A stretch of DNA of 33,335 nucleotides from Nemertoderma westbladi (taxonomy: Eukaryota > Animalia > Xenacoelomorpha). Below are positions 11,234-22,639 of the stretch, in pieces; positions within the stretch are counted from its first letter, which is position 1; each line of letters opens with the position of its first letter. Under the pieces are notes generated by a model. The model was not told where the DNA came from and did no database searches. It saw only the letters and a program-made list of their open reading frames with translations. Position numbers and translations under genes: made by a program. The stretch lies in NCBI GenBank assembly GCA_032718475.1, contig JAUCBJ010002696.1:1-33335 (forward strand). Direction: 5' to 3'.

Positions 11234-12950
11234 TGACCCTTTGGAAACTTTCACCATGTGGAACCTTTGACCCTTTGGAAACTTTGACCCTGTGGAACCT
11301 TTGACCCTGTGGAACCTTTGACCCTGTGGAACCTTTGACCCTGTGGAACCTTTGACCCTGTGGAACCTTTGACCCTGTGGAACCTTTGACCCTGTGTTAC
11401 CTTTGACCCCGTGGAACCTTTGACCGTGAGTTACCTTTGACCCTGTGGAACCTTGGACCCTCTGGAACCTTTGATCCTGTAGAACCTTTGACCTATGGAA
11501 CATTTGGCCCTGTGGAACCTTTGACCCTGTGGTACCTTTGACCCTGTGGAACCTTTGACCCTCTGGTACCTTTGGCCCTGTGGAACCTTTGAACCTGTAG
11601 AACCTTTGACCCATGGAACATTTGACCCTGTGGAACCTTTGACCGTGTGTTACCTTTGACCCCGTGGAACCTTTGACCCTGAGTTACCTTTGGGCCTGTG
11701 GAACCTTTGACCCTGTAGAACCGTTGACCCATGGAACATTTGACCCCGTGGAACCTTTGACCCTGTGGTGCTTTTGACCCTGTGTTACCTTTGATCCCGT
11801 GAAACCTTTGACCCTGAGTTACTTTTGGCCCTGTGGAACCTTTGACCTATGGAACATTTGACCCTGTGGCACCTTTGACCCTGTGGTACCTTTGACCCTG
11901 TGGAACCTTTGACACTGTGGAACCTTTGACCGTGTGGAACCTTTGACCCTGTGGTACCTTTGACCCTGTGTTACCTTTGACCCCGTGGAACCTTTGACCG
12001 TGAGTTACCTTTGACCCTGTGGAACCTTGGACCCTCTGGAACCTTTGATCCTGTAGAACCTTTGACCTATGGAACATTTGGCCCTGTGGAACCTTTGACC
12101 CTGTGGTACCTTTGACCCTGTGGAACCTTTGACCCTCTGGAACCTTTGGCCCTGTGGAACCTTTGACCCTGTAGAACCTTTGACCCATGGAACATTTGAC
12201 CCTGTGGAACCTTTGACCGTGTGTTACCTTTGACCCCGTGGAACCTTTGACCCTGAGTTACCTTTGGGCCTGTGGAACCTTTGACCCTGTAGAACCGTTG
12301 ACCCATGGAACATTTGACCCTGTGGAACCTTAGACCCTGTGGTGCTTTTGACCCTGTGTTACCTTTGACCCCGTGAAACCCTTGACCCTGAATTACTTTT
12401 GGCCCTGTGGAACCTTTGACCTATGGAACATTTGACCCTGTGGCACCTTTGACCCTGTGGTACCTTTGACCCTGTGGAACCTTTGACACTGTGGAACCTT
12501 TGACCGTGTGGAACCTTTGACCCTGTGGTACCTTTGACCCTGTTGCACCTCTGACTCTGTAGAACATTTGACCCTGTGGAACCTTTGAACTGTGTTACCT
12601 TTGACCCCGTGGAACCTTTGACCCTGAGTAACCTTTAGCCCTGTGGAACCTTTGACCCATGGAACATTTGACCCTGTGTAACCTTTGACCCTGAGGAATA
12701 TTTGACCCTGTTGAACCTTTGACTCTGTAGAACATTTGACCCTGTGGAACCTTTGACCCTGTGTTACCTTTGACCCCGTGGAACCTTTGACCCTGAGTTA
12801 CCTTTGGCCCTGTGGAATCTTTGACCCTGTAGAACATTTGTCCCTGTGGAACCTTTGTCCCTTGACCCTGTGGAACCTTTGACCATGTGTTACCTTTCAC
12901 CCAGTGGAAACTTTTACCCCGTGGAAACTTTGACCCTGTGGAAAGTTTCC
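11234..12950. repeat. 17-bp satellite (consensus CCCTGTGGAACCTTTGA), about 100 monomers, with a 574-bp higher-order duplication
   Basis: The tandem array is directly visible. The diagnostic variant TGACCGTGAG recurs at 11421 and 11995, and the ORF-track duplicates are also offset by 574. Confidence 0.97.
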
Positions 12951-13080
12951 CAGGAAATAAGAAAATACCTGAGTGTTTAAAGCTCATCTATCCCATCATA
13001 GTAGACATGTACAGAACAACAAGAGTCCCACAAGAAATGAAAACAAATAAGTTGGTGCCAGTTCCCAAGAAGGGCAACCT

Positions 13081-13452
13081 TCTTGTTTTACACGTGGCAA
13101 TTTTTAGAGCAACTTTCTCGGCAACTAAAAACTTTTTTTGGAGCATCTGAATTTAATCGCTGTTTACACGTGGCAACTTTACCAGCAACTTGGCCTGCAA
13201 CTTTTAGGGCAACTTGGCTAGTTTGACTGTAAAATAGTGGGTCATTTTATCTACTAGCTAGTTTTTGATAATTTAATTTGATTATCCCGCTTTAATTCGC
13301 CAACGCAAATTCCTTCAAGTTGCCGTAAAAGTTGAGCAACTTTAATGGCAACATTTTTACGTGTTTACACGGAGCAACTTGATCGGCAACCTGGGTTGCT
13401 CTACAAGTTGCCGAGAAAGTTGCTCTAAAAGTTGCCACGTGTAAACAGACCT
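13081..13452. mobile_element. PIF/Harbinger-like MITE nested in RTE copy 2
   Basis: TIRs of about 40 bp (TTTACACGTGGCAA.TTTTAGAGCAACTTTCTCGGCAACT and its reverse complement). It is inserted at the TAA of the RTE sequence GGCAACC-TAA-CACTC. The right end ...GTAAACAGACCT|TAA is intact and the left tip and TSD are damaged. Confidence 0.8.
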
Positions 13453-14471
13453 TAACACTCTATGGTACTTTTCGGGGAATCCCATTAATCTCGATTGCTG
13501 CAAAGCTATACAATATAATTATATTAAATCGCATCAGGGATCCCATTGAGAGACTGCTCCGTGGAGATCAGAATGGGTTCCGTAAAGGTCGTGGGACCAT
13601 GGAGCCCATTTTGGCACTTAGAAGGATAATTGAAGAATTATCAAAAAAGAAAGACAGGAATCTGGCTGTTATCTTTGTTGACTGCTTCAAGGCCTTTGAT
13701 TCAGTCTCTCGCTCACGTATGTTCAGCATACTTTAATTATATGGGATTCCTGATGAAATTATTGCAGCAATCAGATCAGTATACGATGGTTCGACAACAT
13801 TTGTGTCTACTGTTGATGGTGACCCAGAACCATTTGAAGTATTATGGGGAGTCCTCCAAGGAGACACACTTGCGCCATTCTTGTTCACAATTGTGGTTGA
13901 CTATGTTCTACGCATAACCTTAGATCATCATAATGATGATGGTAACTCCACCTACTGGCTCCAGAAGTCGAGGAAATCCTGCCAAGTACGTAACTGATCT
14001 AGACTTTGCTGATGGAGTAGGAGTACTCTCAGAATCACAAGAGGGAGCCCAACGCCTCCTCAGCTTATTAGAACAGGCTGCTTCTAGTGTTGGTCTTTTT
14101 ATTCACCTCAAAAAGACCAACATTTTGACATTTAACTTTGAAAGTCCTCAGCAAGTCTCTGACCGGATGATCATAAGCTCAAAGGATGGTTTGTTTGAGC
14201 ATGTGGACGACTTCTGTTACCTGGGATCATGGATCCGGAAGTAAGGTGAGGACCTTCAAATACGTAAGGGAAAGACATGTGCAGCCTTAAATATGCTTTC
14301 CAGGATGTGGAAGTCACAAAAAATTAATCGTAAACTTAAGGTCCGATTATTTAGAACAGCAGTAGTTCCAGTACTCCTCTATGGGAGTCCATGCTGGGCT
14401 CTAACTGCTGAGGACACCCAATCTTTGGATGGCACATTCAAAAGAATGCTACGCCGGGTTCATTGTGTCAA

Positions 14472-14658
14472 TTATAAAGCTTCTTAGCTCAATGCTTCTA
14501 CCACACAACGCCAATCAGATGCAACAACCGGTATGGGAACTTCGAATTCAATAGCTGAAACACCACGGCCATCAGTTGCAGCACCGCGTCCAGCGCCCGC
14601 AACATCGCTCCCGTCAGCTATGACACCCTGCGCATCGGCTGAAGCAACACCCCCTGCA
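14472..14658 (+). other. ~187-bp foreign GC-rich, coding-like insert in RTE copy 2
   Basis: Splits the RTE sequence TGTCAA|GTACAATGC, which is contiguous in copy 3. It carries an open Pro/Ala/Ser/Thr-rich frame and has no TIR or TSD. Confidence 0.8.
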
Positions 14659-14993
14659 GTACAATGCACACATCTCCATATAACATTGGAGGTGTCTTAT
14701 TGGTTGCCCCAAGCCTGACTCTAGAACAAAGTCGCCTCCGCTTTGCAGGACATTGCTTTCGCCGTGAGGACCAGCCAGTGCATAATCTTGTGCTTTGGCA
14801 GCCTCATGGAGTGAATAAGCATGGTGGACAGCCCATGACTTTCTTGACACGCATCTTAAAGGACACTGGCCTTGAAGATGCGGATAATCTAGCAAATGTA
14901 ATGGGTGATAGGGAGTTGTGGCTTCGCAATTTTGTCGACAAACCAGCACAGCATTCTTAAAAATGCAGCATGCCGATCCTAGTAGTAGTAGTA

Positions 14994-15070
14994 GTGGAAA
15001 CTCTCACTCTTGGAAACTTTGATCCCGTGGAAACTTTGACCGTGTGGAACCTTTGACCCTGTGGAAAAGT
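14994..15070. repeat. Distal remnant of the 17-bp satellite beyond the RTE insertion
   Basis: About four degenerate monomers of the GTGGAA(A/C)CTTTGACC type immediately after the (TAG)n tail. Confidence 0.85.
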
Positions 15071-15267
15071 TTTTTTATCAAAATATCAATTATTATATAT
15101 ATATTTCAAAATATTGTATTATTTTATTATATTATAATTTACATTTACATAATTATTTTTTTACTTTAAAGTTAAACATTGTGTTGTGTAGTTGTGTAGA
15201 TATAGGCCTACAGTATATATGTAAAAAATACCATGCGGGGCGCGATTATCTTTCTGTTTTTTTTTAC

Positions 15268-15504
15268 CTGGATTTAATCCGGAATTCAGATATCCCAGCC
15301 ACAAGAATGTGAGAACCATCGGTTGACTAAAGTAACAGTCGCGACAAACAGCTTCAATAATATAGTTTATAAAAAATGGCATCCAACAAACCACGAAGCA
15401 CCCCATCACAATGGCCAGAGTTTTCGCTGCTTTTAATTCTTTATTTTTTGCTGAAAGTAACCTCTTTGCTGAACTTCCAATGCTCCTCATTCGAAGTGGT
15501 TTCA
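15268..15504 (-). CDS. Aminergic GPCR exon (end of ICL3, TM6, TM7)
   Basis: ELKAAKTLAIVMGCFVVCWMPFF...WLGYLNSGLNP. Acceptor ttttttag|TG and donor G|gtaaaa, both phase 1. Confidence 0.93.
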
Positions 15505-16119
15505 CTAAAAAATTAATGGGGTAATTTTATAGGATTGTTAGCTGTTTGATTGTACCAGAAAAGTAATGAACCAAAATTAATGTTATTTTGTAGGATTTGT
15601 GTTCAAAAAATAATTTCTTTGTTGAGTTTTACAAGAAATTAATGAGGGAATTTAGCAGGATTTGTGTTCAACGCATTATTTCTTTGTTATGAAACGAGTG
15701 ATGTCGAATTAATCCCTTATATTTATTAACATGACATGATGAATGCATTTTTCAATTTTAATAATCACTGCGCTTGTGTTATGTGTGGTATGATAAATTG
15801 TATCAAACAAGCAGCTCGTCCAATATTCTAATCAGATAAGCCTGGTATTAAGCCTGTCACATTACCAGGACCAGTCCATGTCCCAGCTGTCATGCATTTA
15901 CAGTTAACAACACCCAAGGCAAGCTTCTTTAAATCGACCAATCAGTAATTCGATTGTTAAAATAGATAGCAAGGTGTTTGCGGAGAAGAGCGTTTTTGAC
16001 CTCTATATTGGATAGGAACGTTTTATAATTACTGATTATGTTTGCTCTGGTGCTGATCGGATCGTGCTCTATAAGAGAGGTTAGCTAAAGGGCAAGGCTT
16101 CCAATTTAGTTCATGCCTC

Positions 16120-16235
16120 ATGTATGCAGTGATAGCAGGTGCGAATCCATAGCACATGCCGCACTAATCAAAGGAACCTTCCGGCCTCCTTCGGGAGGAG
16201 GACATATTAGGGGTGCAAAGGGCTGCTAAGTATTC
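16120..16235 (+). mobile_element. Possible decayed SINE remnant with C(UUCG)G hairpin
   Basis: A box-B-like GGTGCGAATCC (16138-16148) is followed by CCTCC-TTCG-GGAGG. No clear box A. Confidence 0.3.
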
Positions 16236-17531
16236 CCGTGATACCCTATATTGATTGGTAACTGTAAACAACATTAACTCCTTAAATCATCACTGTTTGG
16301 TAATGGATGGTTGCATCTTGTCCAAGAGCTCCATAAATTGTCACTTGCGAAAGTTTCATTCCTCAGTGACTCAATTAATTAATCATGGTCACCTCCTACG
16401 CAAAATGTTAAGAAATAACAGTTTTGAAAGAATAGTTTCCTTGAAAAAATGTTCATGAAATTAACACTCAATGAGTATTGAGATTGCTGGCCCCACGCGG
16501 AGCGATAATATGAGGTGTCCTGGCTTTGTGAATAGCTATGCAGTGGCAGATATAGGAATTCGGAAGTGGGGATTTCAGCTAAAGCTTCAACTCTATCCAA
16601 TATCCCCATATATTTTCATAATTAACATGAGATGTTCTAAACTGCACCAAAAAATCTGCTGAAAAAAATGTTAAAATTAGAAATGTGGATGTCAAGAATT
16701 AAAATTTTTAAATGCTTTTGGTGAAAGTCAATGTTAACAATTAATGTACACGCATTGGGGACTTCCATTTTGCCTTTTCTTTTCGACATTAGACTAATAA
16801 CTATTACGAATCCGGACTATAATCCGTACTGTAACTGCCACTCTTAGTCATTAAATTTTCTCAAAAAATAATATCTTCTATTTTAATAATCACCGAAAAT
16901 ATCCATGAATTTCCGAGAGATAAATTCCTGTAAATTTCCTAAATCATACAAGAAAGATAAATACTGGAATCATTGTGCTCTAAAAAACTATATACTACAG
17001 ATATATCTCTGAATCTCTCAAGACCATAACAATTTTTGAGCATCAGTGAAGGAATTGTTTAAGGACCCCATGGGGGATTTACCAGGGCTGTATGGTACTT
17101 AAAGCTAATGGCCATCCTAAAATTAGCCCTCACTTTCGAATAGGCATTTTTCTGCTCACAGTGATGTTCTTCTCCATATTTTTAAATACGGAGTAATCAC
17201 ATTTCCAATCACCGGTACAAATAATGGAATTGTATTAACACAACTGAAACTCATTTAACGTCAAGATATAAATTAGGCCTACATTATACCTTTAAATTAA
17301 GCATCCTCTATTTTGGATACAGGGGAGGGGGTGATTTCTAGGGTATTGACCCCCACCAGCTTCCACTCCGAAATAGTAATCCATTGATATTAAAAATCGT
17401 TATTAGTCACTTGTAAGTACTCTAGTTAGAACATATGTTTTAAATCATTAGCTGATATCAAATCACTTTAAAAAGTTTGATTTTCTATGTAGTTTCCGTT
17501 ACTTTTATAAATATTAATTTCAATAACCCAC

Positions 17532-17682
17532 CTGAATGTAAACTGTTTGAGCTATCACTAGGTGGTATCCTTGCTGTATCTGAAATTGCGTGATCTGAGG
17601 TGGAATTAGTAAGCTGTGTCGACATTGATCGCTGGGCAATGTATGTATGCGTATTAACAGCCTTGGCTTGATTCAAAGCGAT
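17532..17682 (-). CDS. Aminergic GPCR exon (ICL3)
   Basis: Acceptor ccattcag|ATC gives YFRIGQ-IALNQAKAVN. Donor G|gtgggt. The 151-nt length (phase 0 to phase 1) fits both neighbouring exons. Confidence 0.82.
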
Positions 17683-17860
17683 CTGAATGGAAATTTATTC
17701 GAAAATAAGAAGTGCTATGAAGAGCATAATAAAACATTAAATTATTTCTACAAAATTATAGCTACTGCTCGGATTAACTTTTAATTCAATATTGGTGACC
17801 TCACAACACCATCACAGTTCTCCATCACCAATAGGAGAATCGTTTAGGCTCGTTAAGTCA

Positions 17861-18745
17861 AGGAATGTCTGTTCACCACCATGGGTGATCTTGCACAATA
17901 AACATTTCCACTCTGTTTCCTAAAGGAATGCCTGTTCACCACCACGGGTATTCTTCCACAGTAAACCCCCCCAATCTGTTTCCTAATGGAATGCCTATTT
18001 ACCACCATTGGTGATTTCCACAGTAAACCCTTCCACTCTGTTTCGTAAAGGAATGCCTGTTCACCACCATGGGTGATCTTGCACAATAAACATTTCCACT
18101 CTGTTTCCTAAAGGAATGCCTATTTACCACCGTTGGTGATCTTCCACAGTAAACCCTTCCTCTCTGTTTCGTAAAGGAGTGCCTGTTCGCCACACCATGG
18201 GTGATCTTCCACAGTAAACCCTTCTACTCTGTTTCCTAAAGGAGTGCCTGTTCACCACCAACCACCATGGGTGATCATCCACAGTAAACCCTTCCACTCT
18301 GTTTCCTAAAGGAATTCATATTCACCGCCATGGGTGATCTTCCACAGGAAACCCTTCCACTCTGTTTCCTAAAGCAGTGCCTGTTCACCACCATGGGTGA
18401 TCTTCCACAGTAAACCCTTCCACTCTGTTTCCTAAAGGAATTCATATTCACCGCCATGGGTGATCTTCCACAGGAAACCCTTCCACTCTGTTTCCTAAAG
18501 CAGTGCCTGTTCACAACCATGGGTGATCTTCCTCAGTAAACCCCTACCGCTCTGTTTCCTAAAGCAGTGCCTGTTCACCACCATGGGTGATCTTCCACAG
18601 TAAACCCTTCCACTCTGTTTCCTAAAGGAATTCATGTTCACCACCATGGGTGATCTTCCACAGTAAACCCTTCCACTCTGTTTCCTAAAGGAATGCGTGT
18701 TCATCACCATGGGTGGTCTTCCAAAGGAAACAGTTCCACTCTGTA
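17861..18745. repeat. 63-bp minisatellite, about 14 copies
   Basis: Unit TCTTCCACAGTAAACCCTTCCACTCTGTTTCCTAAAGGAATGCCTGTTCACCACCATGGGTGA. The ORF track shows 21-aa periodicity, and alternating variants give a local 126-bp period. Confidence 0.96.
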
Positions 18746-18913
18746 TCCCAAGTTGCCTTAGATCCTATTTATCGACCATTTAAGGATGAAAGCCAGGGTT
18801 GAGCTAGGCTGCAGCATTTAAAGAACTGTGCTCAAACAGTGTTGCCCCATCTAGGTATCGAATCAGTGCTTCCAAATTGAAAGCCCGGAATGTCACCACT
18901 AGACCAATGTAAA
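18746..18913 (-). mobile_element. tRNA-derived SINE 5' region running directly into the 63-bp array
   Basis: Box A TGGTCTAGTGG (18906-18896) and box B-like GATTCGATACC (18864-18854). These are followed by CTCAACCCTGGCTTTCATCCTTAAATGGTCGATAAAT, which resembles a central block shared by many metazoan SINEs. Confidence 0.65.
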
Positions 18914-19124
18914 TCCCCAAAACATCTTTATCTTATCTTCCAGTGTCATTTAGTTGACATTTCATTAGCAATATCTGACTACTATTGCGTTCTCTCTTAC
19001 CAATTGACAGCGATGAACAAGACCATGGAAAGATTGATGTACCATGAAAGGTTTCATACTTCGTGCTTCGTGGAAATAAAGAACTCCGTGGAAGTAATGA
19101 ACTCGGTATGGCAGTCAAACTTAA

Positions 19125-19845
19125 CCTTATGTGGCCCGGGGGGGGGGGGGTTATTTTAGATTTTTTTTGCAATTTATCTGTATCTTTGAGTCATATCTGT
19201 TTGGGAAACCTAATTTTGTGACTTTTCCTAAAAGTTAATGGGCTATCCAACTGAGCAAACGCCACTTACATGACTGTGTTAATTTTCGTGCTGTGGTCCA
19301 ATTCTGGCACCCCATCTCCAATATTTTTCGTGCTAAAATTTTCAAAAGTTTTTGTAATTTAATAATATTAATTTACTGGCGGTATATAATGGTTTTTTGG
19401 ATGCTGATCACGATTGTTGAACTCAAATATAACATTCGAGAACATTTTTGGTAATTTTGAATGAGCCCTCTGGTGCACGAAAATCAAGTAGTGCAAATAT
19501 ATGATAATGTAAAATCACCACAAAATCAAATTGATTTTATGACCATATGGATTTTTTGGGATGCTGATCACGAATATGACACTGAAATATATCGTATTCC
19601 AACCAAATTAGATTTTTGCCGTTTGATAATTTTTGCTTCACCCCATTTTTTGTCCCACCAGTCAAGCACCAAAAATGATGGTTGCATTGCCAGAAAATAT
19701 TTTTAACAAGTTTTATCGTGATCAGCGACCTCGAAAACCCTTAGACCATCAAAATTGTATTTTTTGTGCCAAGATATAAAAAACTTATAAAATGCCCCCC
19801 CCCCCCCCCCCCGGGCCAATTACGTTGTAAAATAGCCCGGCAAGG
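19125..19845. mobile_element. piggyBac-like non-autonomous element (right end degraded)
   Basis: TTAA|CCTTATGTGGCCCGGG(G)n on the left and (C)nCCGGGCCA...ATAGCCCGGCAAGG|TTAT on the right. It shares internal blocks (TTGGGAA...TGACTTTTCCTAAAA and ATCAGCG.CCTCGAAAACC) with 20706-22281. Confidence 0.65.
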
Positions 19846-20261
19846 TTATTGTGGAATTTTGAATAGTTGTCACATAGGCCTCGCATTATAGAACGAATCC
19901 TTGTATTGAAATGAACTGAAATCCATGTCATATTCAGTCTTCACCTAGAATAACTAATTTAGGTAAAAGCTTTTCTAATGAAGATCGATATTATATTTCG
20001 CAACACACAAAAACATGATGTATAATTACATCCAGATACAGGCTAGAATTTCCAAGAAAACTGTTCGGTCAGTTGTATGTAAACAACAATGTTTTTTAAC
20101 AATATTTCAGTAGAGAAACTTACCATAGATAATGGAACAAAAGGGACCCAACCATTCTCCGTTATAAAGAGTATTTGTAAATATGTAATAGATTTCAAAT
20201 ATTATTCTTCCTTTACATCTGCAGAAACAAGCCTTATAGGAAATTTTGAAAGGGAACTAAC

Positions 20262-20414
20262 TTGTCCAATCCGAAAATAGGTGAACAACATTATAATCAT
20301 TGGTAAATAGAAGCTGGTAAAACTTGAGATAATCCTGAAAGCGATGTCGTAGGTAATAAGACACTGATCGGTAATTCCGATGACATCATCAGAGATTAAA
20401 TATCTCCACGCAAC
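20262..20414 (-). CDS. Aminergic GPCR exon (ECL2, TM5)
   Basis: VAWR...DQC...IISSFTSFYLPMIIMLFTYFRIGQ, with the ECL2 Cys and TM5 serines. Boundaries gcag|GTT and CAA|gttagt, 153 nt. Confidence 0.92.
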
Positions 20415-20705
20415 CTGCATGCAAATAATGTGAACATATTGTATATCATATGGAACTTAATAGATGATTAGGGAGGGATACATTCTACCATTGTTATACT
20501 TCCATTCAGAAATTTGTCACAATAAGAAGCACTTTGGACATTTGAGTTGTGAATTTTGACATATTGCATCTTGCCTAATTAGCAGCGCATGTCAGATATG
20601 CCAAATTTTATGGTTTTGATTAATTCATCTAGATTGTAAACATTGGAGTTGTATGTATTGTATGCATGATTTCATCTGTAGATTTCATACTGTGCGTGGG
20701 CTTAA

Positions 20706-22281
20706 CCCTATTAAACCCGGGGGGGGGGGGGTCAATATGACCCCCCCGTGGTTTTTTTATTATCATTCTGAAACAAACGCAGTTGGGAATCTGAAATTTT
20801 ATGACTTTTCCTAAAAATCTATTGTCTTCCTAGTAGTGAAAACCGTTTTCAAAAATATTGGGTACTTTTTGAGTTATAGCACCATTTTTTAACCCTACTT
20901 TTGGCACTTTTTTTGAGACGTTTTTTGAAAATTACATTTCATTAAATAGGAATTGTAACATCTCTAATTTTGATTTACACCGGTTTTTTGGTGTTAGAAA
21001 TTTGATGGAATTCATATCAATTGATTTAGAAATTTCAAACTTGTATTTTTCGGCGGGTACCAAATTTTGGTGCCAGCACCAAATTTTGAAATAAGTCAAT
21101 TTTGTAAATTGAACGTTTGAAACTTGTATTTTACGCAATTGGGGTTTTTTGGGTTTCTGGATTCGATGAAATATATACGAGTTGCACCAAGCGTATCAAA
21201 CTTGTATTTTTCGGTGCTGTGTGCAAATTTTGGTGCTAGCACGAAATTTTGAAAATCCATTCAATAGATAAAATTGCTTGTGACAATTTATTTCTTGCGT
21301 TTTAGAGGTTTATGGCTGTTCTGAATTCAATGGAAAATATAATTATCGAACTAGACATCTCAAACTTGTATTTTTCGGATATGGGTGCAAAATGTGGTGC
21401 TAGCACCAAATTTTGAAAACCATTAAATATATCAATTGATTGTGTCACCTTGTTTCTTGCGTTATACGGGTTTGTGATGGTTCTGAATTCAATGGAATCA
21501 GTAAAAATTTCATAAGAGTTCTCAAACTTGTATTTTTCGCCGGCGGGTGAAAATTGTTGTGCCAGCACCAAATTTTGGAAAATATGCAAATTGATAAGTA
21601 GATAGTATCACCTTGTTTCTTGCGTTATACGGGTTTATGAGGGTCCTGAATCCGATGGAATCAATAAAAACAGCACTGGACATCGCAAACTTGTACTTTT
21701 TGGTGATGGGTACGAAATTTGGTGCTAGCACCAAAATTTGCCAAATTACACCGAAAAATACAAGTAGCAATGATCTGGCATATTAGAAATGTATTCCATT
21801 AGAATCAGCGCCCTCGAAAACCTGAAAATGTGAATTTATAGCATCGTATAAGTGAATTAAAAATTTTGTGTTCTAACTGAAAAGTGCTGGTTACTTGTTT
21901 TTTTCATTTTTTTCCTACGCAGAGAGGACTAAACAGCCATTTATAGTAATCATATCATTTTTTAATATTTTCCAATGTATTTTGCACCCCAGAAAACCTG
22001 TATTGAAAAATAATTAGCCGAAAATCTAACTTTCAAATTTGGTGAAAATTGTGCACTATTTGTAATTTTGGTGCTGCAATATAACCACCCCAGTACATTT
22101 TTTCGAAAATTTTTTTTTTCGGTCGGATCCAGACAAGTGACACCTACGTACAAACAAAAAATCAGACGTTTTCGTAAATATTTGTAGATTTTAGAGGAGG
22201 GGGGGGGGGGGGGGGGGGGGGGGGTCAATATGACCCCCTCCCGGTATTTGTACAACATTTTATAGCCCGGTACTAATAGGG
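20706..22281. mobile_element. piggyBac-like non-autonomous element with TTAA TSDs and internal ~162-bp tandem repeats
   Basis: TTAA at 20702-20705 and 22282-22285. Termini CCCTATTAAACCCGGG and CCCGGTACTAATAGGG match at 13/16 as inverted repeats. The near-palindrome GGGGTCAATATGACCCC occurs near both ends. No transposase ORF. Confidence 0.88.
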
Positions 22282-22639
22282 TTAATACTAGTAAGCTAGA
22301 CTAATCATATATATATCTTCCTGATCATATACTGCCTGATGCACGATAATGACAATCATGCTGTTTTCTAAAACACAATTAATCTGGCCAGCAACATAAT
22401 ACATTTAAAAAGTATGGTAAAGGAAATTACTTAGGACCTAACTATATTAATTGAGGTAATTATTTTAAGGTTTCATTTATCTCTTCAGAAGTTTTGTGTA
22501 TTCATGTGCATAATTATCGATTCGTAGGTTATATTATCTCTAACAAACCAAATGATAATCTTGTTTCAGTTACCAAAACAACTGAGCAACATTAACGGCA
22601 ATATACCAGATAATCGAACGCCATCTACCGGACGTACAA

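Larger units (their letters stand above)
12962..14995 (+). mobile_element. RTE-clade LINE, copy 2 (5'-truncated, frameshifted, two nested insertions, (TAG)n tail)
   Basis: Homologous to copy 3 from KIPECLK to the DKPAQHS stop. It contains GVLQGDTLAPFLF and DLDFADG, and ends in GATCC(TAG)5. It interrupts the 17-bp satellite. Confidence 0.95.

Noticed and set aside
11165-12987. ORFs with repeating GQRFHRVKGST peptides
   Set aside because: They are translations of the 17-bp satellite inside a GPCR intron, with frames switching among monomers.
17853-18710. ORFs with 21-aa repeats, or a CRISPR-like array
   Set aside because: This is a 63-bp tandem repeat with no unique spacers and no cas genes, in a eukaryotic context.
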